Below, piece after piece: positions 12,254 to 26,867 of a DNA stretch of 56,455 nucleotides (position 1 is the stretch's first letter; the number at the start of each line of letters is the position of its first letter). The notes beneath the pieces were generated by a model. It saw nothing but the letters and a program-made list of their open reading frames with translations, did no database searches and was not told where the DNA came from. A program made the position numbers and the translations under genes. Source of the stretch: Octopus bimaculoides (Eukaryota); NCBI RefSeq assembly GCF_001194135.2, contig NC_068992.1, positions 12,540,676 to 12,597,130 on the forward strand, written 5' to 3'.

Positions 12254-13594
12254 TATTACCTATTGCTAATCTGAAATAAATTTAATAAATATTTATTTGC
12301 TTTCAATAATTTTCAATTTTCAGAGATTACTTTTGTATGTATCCCTGAAATTCGAAAGATAGCGAATATAAACATAGCTTTGTTTTCTGTTCTCGTCAAC
12401 CAATTCTTGAGACGTTCTTTCTTTTTTCATTGCATACAGGCTTCCATTATTTCCTATACATTCACGTACAGCCAGCCATTAACAATCTTTATGTAAATGT
12501 TTGAATCATAAAAATTGAGTTTTTATTTTTTACAAAGTCATATGAAAACTGAATTTTTTTTTTTTTCGGGAACTGGTAATCATATTCAGCCGTATTCTGC
12601 CGAATGGAGGTGGAAAAATCAAGGAAATTATGAAGTGTTCATGAAAGATGTCGCCTTAACAAAAGAAATCTCTGAAAGCGTTTTTTTTTTTTTACTTTAA
12701 ACTGCGAAGACATACAATCATTTAGGATTCGTTGACTTTGGTCCTTCATTACCTATTGTTATTCTCAACTTATTTTCTTTTCAATTTAATTCATTTGAAT
12801 AATATATAAATTTAGATATTATAAAGTATTTCAAGCTGAAAAATGATGGGCTGTCGATAAGCAAAATCAAAATCAAAATTTCTAATTTTGTATCAGTCAC
12901 TTTTAAATCTAATGACCTCAGCACTCTTTTCATTTTGTTATTTGATGAGTCCCCCAATTAAATAGTTAAGCAGTAGGGGACGTCTGAGTTAAAAGATAAT
13001 GTCAAACCTTATCGAGAAGCGATATGGAAGGAGAGGAGGAGGAGGGTGGAAGAGGGAAAGAAAGAAAAGGAGGAGGGTGGAAGAGGGAAAGAAAGAAAAG
13101 GAGGAGGTGGGTGAAAGAAAAATAATCCAGTGAGGCTGGACACTCATCATTCCATATTCAAAGAGTCACGACAGAAGCGAATGAGAGTAGCCAAGGCAGA
13201 GGTTGAAGAAGGAAAGGCTTTTCCTGCGATGAGAGACAGAGGAAATAGAACACGAATAAGTGGTTTACGAAAGAGTTGTGCGCAATGAGAATGACTGCGG
13301 AAGTTAAAACAACTATAGAAAATATATACCAGGAAGAAGTGAACTACCTCTGGAGTGTCCATGGCATTGAGTGATTACGGGGAAATTTGCTGAAGACTGC
13401 GGGGATTACATTCGGAGTGGACTCGAAACACAATAACATGAAGATAAAAATCATGCAATCCGAAATATCAACAAAAATGATGATCCGGCTCTGATTAAAT
13501 CGCATTTCTGTGCTTGATGGATAACTAGTATTGCGTCATATCAGTTTTGGTAGTGTTTGCCTACACACGCGCGCACACGCACGCACGTACACAC

Positions 13595-13645
<51 letters not shown>

Positions 13646-13919
13646 CGCCGGTTTGTTGAAATTATTTTATACGCAATACTGATGTGTCTCCGATTCCGCA
13701 TATGTCATTTCAATGGCACCTGAAAATATATCAATTATTGTATATATTCTTGCATCAAATAATCAAGCTTGATAAGATTGAATTCAAACAATTCAAACAA
13801 TTCAAACAATTCAAACAATTCTAAACTGATCTATTAAAAACTTGTTTACTTCTTGTTCTTGAGTGCTAGGCAACATCCGTAGATGAGTTTAATATGGTAA
13901 ACTCCAGAGTTGATGCTGT

Positions 13920-13921
13920 TG

Positions 13922-13989
<68 letters not shown>

Positions 13990-14010
13990 GTTATTATTAT
14001 TGTTATTATT
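13920..14010. repeat. (ATT)n microsatellite abutting the 3' end of a LINE fragment
   Basis: Read directly; it is (AAT)n on the strand of the adjacent LINE. Confidence 0.95.
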
Positions 14011-14019
14011 TCTCTTTAT

Positions 14020-14310
14020 CGCAGGTTTTGTTGGAGTTCCTGGAGTCTTACTTGTGTAGCGGGCTTGCTACCTGGAGCCTATGCTATTCGTTCTTTTCAA
14101 CTATCAATACTTTCCCGATTATTCTGGACGTTCAAAGGAGGCAAACCTTTTGTAACAGTTCTACTGGGCACACTATTCCAAAATCTTTTATATTCCGCTT
14201 GATGCCTTCTGATACTGTTCCAAAGGACCAAGCAATAATTGGCACTATCTTCACAGATTGTGCACATATTTTGCACTATATTTACAGATGTTTACACAGA
14301 TTTCAGTGCC
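14020..14310 (-). mobile_element. R4/Dong-type non-LTR retrotransposon 3' end (RLE domain C-terminus plus 3' UTR)
   Basis: Minus strand VKIVPIIAWSFGTVSEGIKRNIKDFGIVCPVELLQKVCLL*TSRIIGKVL matches the R4-clade terminus VxVVPVVxGALGxVxxxL......I.....LQKxxLLGTARIxRKVL. Confidence 0.75.
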
Positions 14311-14912
14311 TATTTGTGATGACCACTTAAGTTGAAGAGAATATACACCGGAAAGTCAAGACGAAGACAAACTTCAGATACTCAATCGAGAGAGTTGAAC
14401 TTTATGGCTGTTTCTGCCTGTACACCTCCCATATTCTGACATTTTTTGAAGTAGTATTTAATTGTCGTAGACACGTGTGACATGAAGCGGCATCGAATCG
14501 TCCTCCGTCTGCTTGCAGTTCCGGAAGAGCTCGAGATTTGATTTACGGACACAAAACATGGCACAATCAGATCCTGTAAATAAAATTCATATACGTGAAT
14601 AACCTTCTGAATGTTTGAAAACATTAAGCTGGAGACAAGCAGAGAAAGGCAATAGATTTAGAGACTATAATAGTCGAGAACAGCAATGGCTGATTATTTT
14701 TGCCGTGTGCTTTTCAATTGGCTAGTGTATTGGCATATAAACCAACAATCGCTGTCCTATTGTTTTGTGTGTGTATGTGTGTGTTTGTCTGTTTATTTAT
14801 CTATCTTCTATCTATTTATCTATCTCTTTCCCTCACACTCACTCTCCTTCTATCAATCTCTCTATCACTCTCGGTCTATCTATATCTCAATCTCTCTCTC
14901 TCCTTCTCTCAT

Positions 14913-14957
<45 letters not shown>

Positions 14958-15277
14958 NNNNNNNNNNNNNNNNNNNNNNNNNNNNNNNNNNNNNNNNNNN
15001 NNNNNNNNNNNNNNNNNNNNNNNNNNNNNNNNNNNNNNNNNNNNNNNNNNNNNNNNNNNNNNNNNNNNNNNNNNNNNNNNNNNNNNNNNNNNNNNNNNNN
15101 NNNNNNNNNNNNNNNNNNNNNNNNNNNNNNNNNNNNNNNNNNNNNNNNNNNNNNNNNNNNNNNNNNNNNNNNNNNNNNNNNNNNNNNNNNNNNNNNNNNN
15201 NNNNNNNNNNNNNNNNNNNNNNNNNNNNNNNNNNNNNNNNNNNNNNNNNNNNNNNNNNNNNNNNNNNNNNNNNNNNN

Positions 15278-15317
<40 letters not shown>

Positions 15318-15545
15318 TACATGCTGCATACATATGTATGTAAGATACAGACATTGTGTGTATGTGTGTGTGAGAGAGAGAGTGTGTGTGTTTGTATGTG
15401 TGTGTATTAATTAAAGGTACACTTACATTAACTGTACACATGCAGAAATACCCAAAACGTTCGTAAAAAACTTCTGATCGACACGCACATAATTACTAAA
15501 GCATTTACCTCTACATTCAAAAGCATTCTTCCACACACGCGTTTC

Positions 15546-15576
<31 letters not shown>

Positions 15577-16060
15577 GTGTGTGTGTGTGTGTATCTGTGC
15601 GTGTGTGTATGTGTGTGTTTATGTATGCATGGTCTTATGTGTTCTTAGATATGTGGTTGCAGACATATAAATGGCAGTAAACTCAATATCTATGTTGAAT
15701 AACAATTGCAGTTAGAATGGCCGACATATTTGATGTTAGCTGGGATTAATCATCAAAGCAAGTAATTTTCAGCGTCCTCTTCTATTGTGTCGTGTGCCAA
15801 TGATCAACGTAATAGCTCCACATTGATTCGTACATACTCTGCCAAACGAAGAATTGCTGAATACAAAGAAACAAGTAAATACAAGAAAATATATGTATAT
15901 AAAAACAAAACCAATACAAAAGCACACAGACACACACACGTACGCGCACACACACACATACACACATGCATATATTGCATATATCTATATATTTGTGTGG
16001 GGGTATATATAGAAATATATATATGTATATATATATTTATGTGTAATGAGTGTGTGTATG

Positions 16061-16147
<87 letters not shown>

Positions 16148-16873
16148 NNNNNNNNNNNNNNNNNNNNNNNNNNNNNNNNNNNNNNNNNNNNNNNNNNNNN
16201 NNNNNNNNNNNNNNNNNNNNNNNNNNNNNNNNNNNNNNNNNNNNNNNNNNNNNNNNNNNNNNNNNNNNNNNNNNNNNNNNNNNNNNNNNNNNNNNNNNNN
16301 NNNNNNNNNNNNNNNNNNNNNNNNNNNNNNNNNNNNNNNNNNNNNNNNNNNNNNNNNNNNNNNNNNNNNNNNNNNNNNNNNNNNNNNNNNNNNNNNNNNN
16401 NNNNNNNNNNNNNNNNNNNNNNNNNNNNNNNNNNNNNNNNNNNNNNNNNNNNNNNNNNNNNNNNNNNNNNNNNNNNNNNNNNNNNNNNNNNNNNNNNNNN
16501 NNNNNNNNNNNNNNNNNNNNNNNNNNNNNNNNNNNNNNNNNNNNNNNNNNNNNNNNNNNNNNNNNNNNNNNNNNNNNNNNNNNNNNNNNNNNNNNNNNNN
16601 NNNNNNNNNNNNNNNNNNNNNNNNNNNNNNNNNNNNNNNNNNNNNNNNNNNNNNNNNNNNNNNNNNNNNNNNNNNNNNNNNNNNNNNNNNNNNNNNNNNN
16701 NNNNNNNNNNNNNNNNNNNNNNNNNNNNNNNNNNNNNNNNNNNNNNNNNNNNNNNNNNNNNNNNNNTTATTCCTTATACCTTTCTAAACGCAAACGTATA
16801 AATATCCACGCAAATACGTACACGAATAGTACTCGACCTTCCGGGGTTATCTTTCCTTTGTGCTCATTGCCTA

Positions 16874-16933
<60 letters not shown>

Positions 16934-17351
16934 TTGTATATACACATGTATATATACATGCGTGTATATATATATATAATATGCATATATAAATATATAC
17001 ATATGTCTATCTATCTATATAAATATATATGTATGTATAAATATATGCGTACATACATATATTCATTCATGCATACATATATACATACACATATGCACAT
17101 ATACACGCATATGCACACATACACATATACACATATGTGTGTGTATATACATACACATATGCACGCATTCATATGTGATATATACATGATCATTATTTTC
17201 TTCTTCTTTTTCTCATTATTATTATTATTATCATTATTATTATTATCATTATTATTATTATCGTTATTATATAAATCTACATGCATATAAATGTAAAATT
17301 ACGCTGAAAGAAACGAACACGTACATGTGTTTGTATATTCGTATACACATA

Positions 17352-17383
<32 letters not shown>

Positions 17384-17776
17384 TGAATACACATATAACT
17401 GTATGTATGCACATATCTAAATATATATGCTATACACATACACATATACGATTATACATCTTTTAAATCTTAAAATTGTACCTCAGATATGTATATATAC
17501 ATACATACATTCCAATCGACTATGAGTGTGAACTAGAACACAAGTGTGCGTGCGTGAGTGTTGTGCCCTGACGTCAAACGACATATTTAATGTGCATTAT
17601 AATTTCAAGTGTTACTACATCAAAATGATTCAATGAACACAAAATTTGCATATCTCATTACAACTTTGTTATCAATATATTGGTTACCAACTCTTGTGTA
17701 TAAATAGGTATTTACATGAATACAGCAATTGTTGGAATCCTGCACACACGCATACGTGCGCACGCTAGCACACAAT

Positions 17777-17811
<35 letters not shown>

Positions 17812-18045
17812 GCAACCACACGCACATATACGTGTATTTGTGTGGTCTAATAAATCTACATATTTTGAATATAGACTATAATATAGTTATATGTGCATAC
17901 ATATACAGAATCGTACACATGTACATAGAGACGTACATGAATATATACATACATACATACATACATACATACATACATACATACATACATACATACACAC
18001 ATACATACATGCATACATACATACTTAGAGACATGCATATGTATA

Positions 18046-18089
<44 letters not shown>

Positions 18090-18319
18090 CATAAAGATAT
18101 ATGCATGTCTTTAAGTATGCATGAATGTATGCATTTATGTATGTATCTATGTATATGTGTACGATTCTGTATTTGCATGCACATATTATTATGTGTTTTT
18201 CTGTTTTTGGCGGGAGAAAATGGAAAAGAGAGAAAGAAAAGCAGAGATTTGGAGAAAATAAATATATGTACATGCGTGTGTATATATGTATGTATAATAA
18301 ATTATATATATATACATAC

Positions 18320-18374
<55 letters not shown>

Positions 18375-21300
18375 CGTGTGTGTGCGCGCGCGTTCCTTTG
18401 TGGGCGCAACGTTTCGTCGAAAACGTATCTTGTCGTGAATTGCTAGAAATACGAAGTAGAAAAACAGCCTCACAACTGATGAAGGGTCGTTATTTCTTGC
18501 AGCTTGTCTTGTTTTTCCAGTTGTTTCTTTCGTTGTTCATAAAATGTTCGTATTCCTTGTTTTCGTATTTCATGTTGCTTACGTTCTGTGGTGTCTTGTG
18601 CCCATATATGCATGTGTATATACATATATGTATGTACATATATATATGTATGTATGTATGCATATATATTTATATATTATTTATATTATATGATTGAACG
18701 TCACGCATCCAATTCCAAGTAAGTTTATATATATATATATATCTTTTACTCGTTTCAGCTATGCGGTTGTGGTCATGCTGGAGCCCAGTTTATCATCGTT
18801 ATTTGACTTAAGGAAAGAAGACACGAGGCTCATTGTTCAGGCCACAAATGGCCTTCGCGTGATTTCGTTTACGGTAAACCATGTGTTGTGATCACAAGGC
18901 CTACGTACTTGGCCACTAACCTTCACCAGTGGTACCAGTGAGATTGGTGATGTACTAGATCTGGTTAGAGTGACGTCTCAGATATAATTAAGATCCGCCT
19001 TGTTCGCGCCTTCCTGCATAGCAGCAATACATTTATATCATAGTTTTCTTCTCCTAAATGTACTGTCTTCCAGGCTGACGAGCTCCATCGACCCGAAAAG
19101 CATTCATGTTAGTTAACTCATAGCTGGGACCCTAACATATGCTACGACTCCAAGTCAGAGTAGAACTGGGAACAACAGTAGCTAAGAGGAATTTCCATAT
19201 GTAGTTTAAAGTCTACTCTTAACACTCACACACACACACACACACACACACATACATATACATATATATNNNNNNNNNNNNNNNNNNNNNNNNNNNNNNN
19301 NNNNNNNNNNNNNNNNNNNNNNNNNNNNNNNNNNNNNNNNNNNNNNNNNNNNNTATATATATTTCGTATGTGTATTTCGTGTGCAAGATTCTTGATGTGG
19401 ATACGTGTATTGAAAGAAATACAATTAAACCTTGGGAGAGGCATTATGCCCGTAATAAACACACGCACTGGTTCAGTCCTTTATTAATTTATATAGTTTT
19501 TTGTTAAATTATTTCATTGCACTCTTGCAATCTCTTCAGTAACTTGTCTCTCCACTTCACTTCCATTTCCATAAATAGACTCGTCTGTTTTCCTATGTCT
19601 TCATTCTCTTGTCCATAAAATAAAGTCCGTTTTTGGGGGCTTTGTCTATATTCCCGTTCTTTTTTTGTCCACGATTTTGACGTCCTCTACCCGGATATGC
19701 ATCTATATATACATGTAGATGTAGCTATGTACATATATGTATGCGTACATGCATATGCTCATATATCATTTGTGTTATTATATATATATAATTATGCTTA
19801 AGGAACATCCTTTGAAATGAATTGTAACCAATTAACAGTCGCTATTTTACTCTCATTTTCTTCGCACCCAAATCACACAGATAAGGAGTTTATGTATCGG
19901 AAATACATTGGTCATTATGAAATAATATCACACTCGTTATCAGAGCAGAATTGTCTCCATATCGTCAAACTAAGTTTAAACAGAATCAGACACTATCGTA
20001 TCGTCATTTCCAGAGCAAAAGCCGCATAATTATAATTCCATCTGTATTTCTGATAAATAGTAAAGGAAATGCATCGTTTCATTTTTACGAGGTTACTAAG
20101 TACAAACACTTTTGTTTCTAGTTAAAAGAATCAGCCACAAATGAACGCTGACGACTCAACAATTCTACTCATGGTTGGCAGGCAAACTAGCACCTTCGTT
20201 ACAATATCAGAATAACCAGTTATTACGTAGTATATGAAGCCAAAAGGTAACTCTAGTCCTTGAATCAAAGACTTTTCACTAATGTAATGTTTTCAACTAC
20301 TTTATTATAATTCTAACACCATTAATCTTTCCCTTGATCTACTGTTAACATCTCGTATATTTAAAATAACAGTTTCCGTATCGTCACACATTATTGTCTG
20401 ATTTCTTTTTTACTTTGTTGCATTAACGCGTTAAAATGTAAACAAACTGCGCTTATCAACGGATAACTGCCGTCTGCGTTGTGACGCTAAACATTTCACC
20501 ATTTATCTTTTGCAAGTTGTGTGAATATTCATTACACACACATACACACACACACATTCATAAACGCTCATTCACTCACTCACACACATTTACACGTATA
20601 CATACGATTGTGCTCCGGAGTCAAAAGCTAGTATTATGCTTTGCAACATTATGCATTGAAATATAATCGTTTCATTTTGTGTTATAACATATTCTAAACT
20701 TGTTAACACTTTTTCAAATGGCTTAATTCGTGTCTGTAGACTATTCAATCAAAAATATTTTCTGTTTAACATTTTCTGTCATTATTAACCCGATCTATTT
20801 ATTTTCCTGAACGACACATCATTATGCCATATATACACGTGTAAGTATGCGCGCGTATGTGTATGCGCGTGTATATATATATATATNNNNNNNNNNNNNN
20901 NNNNNNNNNNNNNNNNNNNNNNNNNNNNNNNNNNNNNNNNNNNNNNNNNNNNNNNNNNNNNNNNNNNNNNNNNNNNNNNNNNNNNNNNNNNNNNNNNNNN
21001 NNNNNNNNNNNNNNNNNNNNNNNNNNNTTATGACGTCATAAAATTTCATAAACTTTGAGAGAACGTGAAATAATTGTTTGGTTTCCTTTTTCAATATTTC
21101 GAAATAAAAAGCTCTGAATAATAGCATGTGAATATTGGGTTTCAATCATTGAATTGGCAATATGCTGGGGCATAGCTTTAAGGGTTTATCAGAACATATC
21201 CTTCCCAGTACTTTATCGAGCTGCTTCAATTTCATGCTTCGAAATTTACTTTGCTTAAGTGGTGTTTTGCGAACTAGTATGCCGTGTATACACTAACTCT

Positions 21301-22097
21301 TTATACTTCAGTTTGTCTGATTTGATTTCCTTAGCAAAGTGGTAACCTTCGTGTCAAACATTTCTGGTCATTTCTGAGGAAAACAATACGTCAATATAGG
21401 ACATTTTTTTCCGGACAATTGTTTTCACGCCACTGGACTACAGACAAGTTTGGATATAGCTACAGGTGCGAGACATCTAATCTGAAGTCTGCCATATTGA
21501 GATGCGTGGATTTTGCTCAAATGAAAACAAAAAACCAATGTGAACAGATTGGTGTGATGCACTAAAACGATTTCCATAAAAAAATTTTTTTTTTAAATGG
21601 GCGGCCCTTCTTACTAGACTAGAAATTTTATAGAAACTGAAAATCTTCGAGAATCATGAGATACCTAGTAGGGTTCCAATCTATATCTTATTTCTAAATT
21701 TTAACCTTGTCCCACTACTTCCTTATATTGTTGGGCTGACGAATATCCTTATATTCTGATAGTAACATTTATTGCAAATTATATAACGCTGCGTATTAAT
21801 GCATGCATATATATAAACACACATAAATATCCACATACACACTCACAAACATACTCACTCACACTCAAACATACACGCACACACACATCACCGATCTTAC
21901 TCTGACAGCACCATTTAACTCACCTTGAACAATAGAATCCCACTTTTCAGGACACATCTTTGAATTCCTGTGCCTCACATTCGGTGTTTTAAACGTGTGA
22001 GATATACGCGAAACTTGAAGTAGCAACAAGCCGAATCAAGTTGGCTTAAATAGTAATAGACATAGCCATACCAAATGATTTGAGTACCTTCTATCTC

Positions 22098-22168
<71 letters not shown>

Positions 22169-22479
22169 GCCTGTCTGTCTGTATGTATGTATCTATATAT
22201 GTATGTATGTATGTATGTCTATCTGTCTACATATACACACAACTATATACAAATACACACGCACGCACTCACACACACACAGGCATACAAACATAGAAAC
22301 ATACATACATAGAAACATACATATAGATGCATACACGAAGACATTCCACATATACATATTTTATACATATGAAAACATATCCCATAAATTAGTCTATATT
22401 TATCCTCTCCACGAGATGATTAAACTAGACATGTATATAGGATTCCGGTCACAATGGCTTGCTGACGATCTGTCAATTC

Positions 22480-22700
22480 ACAAGATATCACAAAATCCCT
22501 AAAATAGAATGTAAAGAAAGTAATGGATACAAAGGACAAACTTTGAAGCCCAATCCAACCCCGCCGTACCTGATTCTATACAAACACAACAGACGCGTTT
22601 CAATTATTCAAACGAAAATAGTAACCCATGATATAGAAGGAAACGAGTAAAGGAATATACACAATAACAGTCTCACGGACCAAAATGAGAATGTAATATA
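22480..22700 (+). mobile_element. Possible GIY-YIG endonuclease remnant of a PLE
   Basis: YHKIPKIECKESNGYKGQT resembles VYKIPCxxCxxxYIGQT; heavily degenerate. Confidence 0.3.
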
Positions 22701-22841
22701 AGTTTTAATTTTTGACTTGCGTTGTTTGTCGGCAGATATTTCCGGCACGAAAATCAATATAATGGCACACACATATAATATAAAGGTTGAGCTGCTAATA
22801 AGATCACTCACTATGCATATACACACACACACACACACACG

Positions 22842-22902
<61 letters not shown>

Positions 22903-23060
22903 NNNNNNNNNNNNNNNNNNNNNNNNNNNNNNNNNNNNNNNNNNNNNNNNNNNNNNNNNNNNNNNNNNNNNNNNNNNNNNNNNNNNNNNNNNNNNNNNNN
23001 NNNNNNNNNNNNNNNNNNNNNNNNNNNNNNNNNNNNNNNNNNNNNNNNNNNNNNNNNNNN

Positions 23061-23132
<72 letters not shown>

Positions 23133-23134
23133 AT

Positions 23135-23620
23135 AAAAGGGGGTTTGTATGATAAGTCTGACTGAGTCTAATATAAGTATCACTGTGAATCTGTTGAAAA
23201 TTGCTTCTCTTATGTTTTTCTACCCAGTATTTGATCGCCTTTATTCCTAAATCATGTGGGATATTGATGTAAAGGCTTACTACATCAAAGTTTAGTAGGA
23301 CTGAATTTGTTTCAGTGGTTTTGGGAAGATGGGATAGAAATTCGATAACATCCCGAATGAAGCTGGGTATGTAAGTACATAGTGGTTTCAAAATAATGTC
23401 GATGAAATTGCTTAGACGATGGGTAGGAACATGTTGGGCCAGCTATAATTGGTGTAAGTTTTAAGTATTTTGCATATAGTAATTTTATGTATTCACTTCC
23501 ATGTTCTTTTACAACCTGTTGAATATCTTCTGACTTTGCACTCACAATGCTAGAGGACAACAGCTATTATGAAAAAACAACCCACTTCAAAAAGTCAAAT
23601 ATCAGTGAATGTAATGTACT
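23135..23620 (-). mobile_element. Penelope-like element reverse transcriptase fragment (pseudogenised)
   Basis: LKLTPIIAGPTC (frameshift) LKPLCTYIPSFIRDVIEFLSHLPKTTETNSVLLNFDVVSLYINIPHDLGIKAIKYWVEKH. These are the PLE RT motifs RPI..G, S(F/Y)IxD..xF and FDVxSLYTNIP. Confidence 0.88.
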
Positions 23621-25074
23621 GAGATATCTTTAGTTAGAAACATACCACTAGAACTTGCTACAAAAGCAAGATTCACCGATCATTTAGAAAGTAAGTGTAC
23701 ATCGTCTTCTTGTACCATAACGAAGGACAAGATGATGTAAGATATACACATGAAATATTCTGGTTCTGTATATGGGTGTCATTTTCCTTCGTCTGGCGGT
23801 TCACGATTTATGAAGACAATTAAGAATGACAGGCGTGTTTTTCTCCTTTCCGAGCTGTTACAATTATCTTAACGGAAACAAAATATTATTACCTTCAGCT
23901 TCAGCAAATATGTCAATTATTATTAAATAAATTATGTCTCGAGAAAAAAGCGATAGGACTTTCAAAATGTTCAACACATATGCATTTTTGTTTAATTCTT
24001 CCTTTCAGTGAAGGTTCGTTAATATTGAACCCAAAGCTAATGTTCATTTTAATAATGTTAAAATTTCCATTTTCTCCAAATAAATGTTTAATTTTCTTTA
24101 GTGTCATTAAATCCATTATGTCACCTGGAAATTTTAACAAATATTAGCAGAACATTTTTAAGATAAAGTTTTTAATTTCCCAGCGTTTTTTTTTTTTTTT
24201 TCACATATTTAATATATATTTTATTGTGACAATTTCCCCGTCGCTGATTGCAAATACTTCTTTCTTCTTTCAGTGTTACGCTCGGAAGCAGTCAATCAGT
24301 GGCAATGGTGCACAGCAATATTCACTCACAATGCAAATAAAATAAATAGCAAACTTTCTGTGGGTTATGTTAATACTTGCATTAAATTCTATATTCTAAA
24401 GCTCGAAAATGGATCGATTTAGGACGCTCGAAATTGTTTTAGTCAGCTGAGAAGTAGTTCAATTTGCCATGTTTGTATATGAACAACATAGGTTACATAT
24501 ATCATACATTGATGTGGTTTGGAAAGAGGAGATCTCTGTTCAGAAGCCACTGACATTAAATAAAGTATTAAGCTCGTACCTTGCGCAAAGTAGAATTTCC
24601 AATTCACTGTAGCTACTGGATATGCTGTGTATGGAAACAGATTGGTTATTTGATTCACTAGGGTTAGTCAAATTAATGAGAACCCAACAAGACACAAAAA
24701 TGGATTAAGGTTGTTGGTCGTTGTTTTCAATCTACGGTGATATGTTACATTTGACCTATTTTTTTATATCTACTGCATTTGTTTGACGTGTGTGTGTGCG
24801 CGTGTTACTAAGACAATTAAAGCCATATACCAATGCTATATATTCATTTATCTTGCGCTGGCTTCATTACTTTGTGCCAGAGACAAAGGGACAATCCATG
24901 CCGTAGAAGCGCCCTACCAAGGTCTTTTCATTTGCACACGCTTTAGGGATGTAAAAAGCATATTTACTGCGAGTAAATATTGCTGGCTTAAGCAATTTTT
25001 TTTCAAATGATAAAAATAATTAAAATGATACTACAACTACTAATTCTACTACAACTACTAATTCTACTACAACT

Positions 25075-25131
25075 CATAACAACAACAACAACAACAACAA
25101 CAACAGCAACATCAACAGCAACAACAACAAC

Positions 25132-25200
<69 letters not shown>
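25075..25200. repeat. (AAC)n-(AAT)n compound microsatellite inside a locally duplicated segment
   Basis: Read directly; paralogous tract at about 27870-28025. Confidence 0.95.
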
Positions 25201-25201
<1 letters not shown>

Positions 25202-25237
25202 GTCAATTTCTATATAGTGCATCAGGAGACTACTTTA

Positions 25238-25700
25238 AAAGATGGAGAGTACTATACCAACTTGCTGAGCCGGTTTCGAAACGCCATTGAAACCAAGCGC
25301 CGAGAAAAAAGGTGACGATACGAGTTTGTTTCATTTGGACACTGCTCTAGTACACAAGTCCTTGGATTCAAGGATTGCTGTACGAAACTGTGGCTTTTAA
25401 GAACTGGATTATCACTTGCTACTATTCTCCTAAGTTGGTTCCACCTGTCGATCATTTGTTTCCCAACATAAAAAAATATATAATCGCTGGGTGCCAGTAT
25501 CGCAGTTGTGATGACATCATATCTATTGTTGGTAATTTTTTGAATAATAGGATATAAAATTCTGCAGCAATAGGATCCAAGCACTGCAACACCGATGGAA
25601 GGACCACCTGGGGAACTATATTTTAAAATAAACCTCATTCGGTCTCATTTCATGAGAGTGTTTTGGTCAGCCTCTGAACTTTACTGTCTACCCCTTTACG
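25238..25700 (+). mobile_element. Decayed mariner transposon, 5'-truncated: catalytic domain and 3' TIR
   Basis: gagtactataccaacttgctgag (EYYTNLL) ... FHLDTALVHKS ... YSPKLVPPVDHLFPNIKK..AGCQYRSCDDIISIV ... GIQALQHRWK. Homologous to 11495-12092; TIR-like cagcctctgaactt...cccct at 25667-25695. Confidence 0.85.
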
Positions 25701-25887
25701 CTACTATATTTAGCTCAAATAATTCTATGCGTGTGTATGACCCAGTTGATCAGTTGAATTAGAATGTTTTCTCGGCAAAATAGAAACTGTTTAATGTTTA
25801 CTTTCTGCGATTTAAATTTAGGTTACACATAGATAAAAGTTATTTGATAGAATAATATTTACCTGCATGGCGCGTATGCAAGTATAT

Positions 25888-25936
<49 letters not shown>

Positions 25937-26136
25937 CATATATACATATACATATGTGTGTATTTGTGTGTATATATATTTATGTATGTATATAAATATA
26001 CATGTATATAAATATACATGTATATAAATATACATGAAACATTATATATATATATATGCAGAGAGACAGAGAGAGAGGAGATAATATCTTTGTATATAAA
26101 TATATATACATACATATAGATATTGATATCATTTAC

Positions 26137-26177
<41 letters not shown>

Positions 26178-26817
26178 AGTGTGTGTGTGTGTGAGAGTGT
26201 GTGTGTGTGTGTATCTATGTTTCTATGCATACATTCTCATATATTTATAAGTATGTGTAGGAGTGTGCGTCTGAGCATATGTATGCGAATATTACATAAA
26301 AATTGTGCAGTGTTATCAAATAGGCTACTAAGATTATGCTATCACGTTATCACATTTTTTTCTCATTTAAAGCATTAACAAGATATCAAATTATGTTCGA
26401 TATCTATTTGATACTACTTCTAATATCTTTGTAGTAGAAAATAAAATATATACGAAATGCTACGCATACTCTCAGATATTTATCATGTGATAAATGCTTT
26501 ATTCTAATGGTATATTCGGGCATAAGGTTTAATGCTCTTCAATATTTGAAAAAAAATTATGATGACTATCAACTAATTATATAATCATCTCTCAATCTAT
26601 ATATGTATGCTTACATACATACATTCGTGATATGTATTAGTAAATGTATATATATCCACAAAAATATATACGCATTGATAAATATATGTGTGTGTGTGTG
26701 TGTGTGTGGATATGTGCGTGTGCCTGTGTGTGCGTATGTATCTATACAAGGATGGATGAATAGATGGATGTATCTATATGTATGCATGCATACACATATT
26801 CACACTTATGCTTATGC

Positions 26818-26867
<50 letters not shown>

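Noticed and set aside
14382-14624. Open frames on both strands (GSDCAMFCVRKSNLELFRNCK on -, FRKSSRFDLRTQNMAQSDP on +)
   Set aside because: Adjacent to a LINE fragment with no recognisable domain; the two readings are mutually exclusive and unsupported.
20122-20247. 126-bp segment with good acceptor and donor
   Set aside because: Stop codons occur in all three frames; it could only be non-coding and has no other support.
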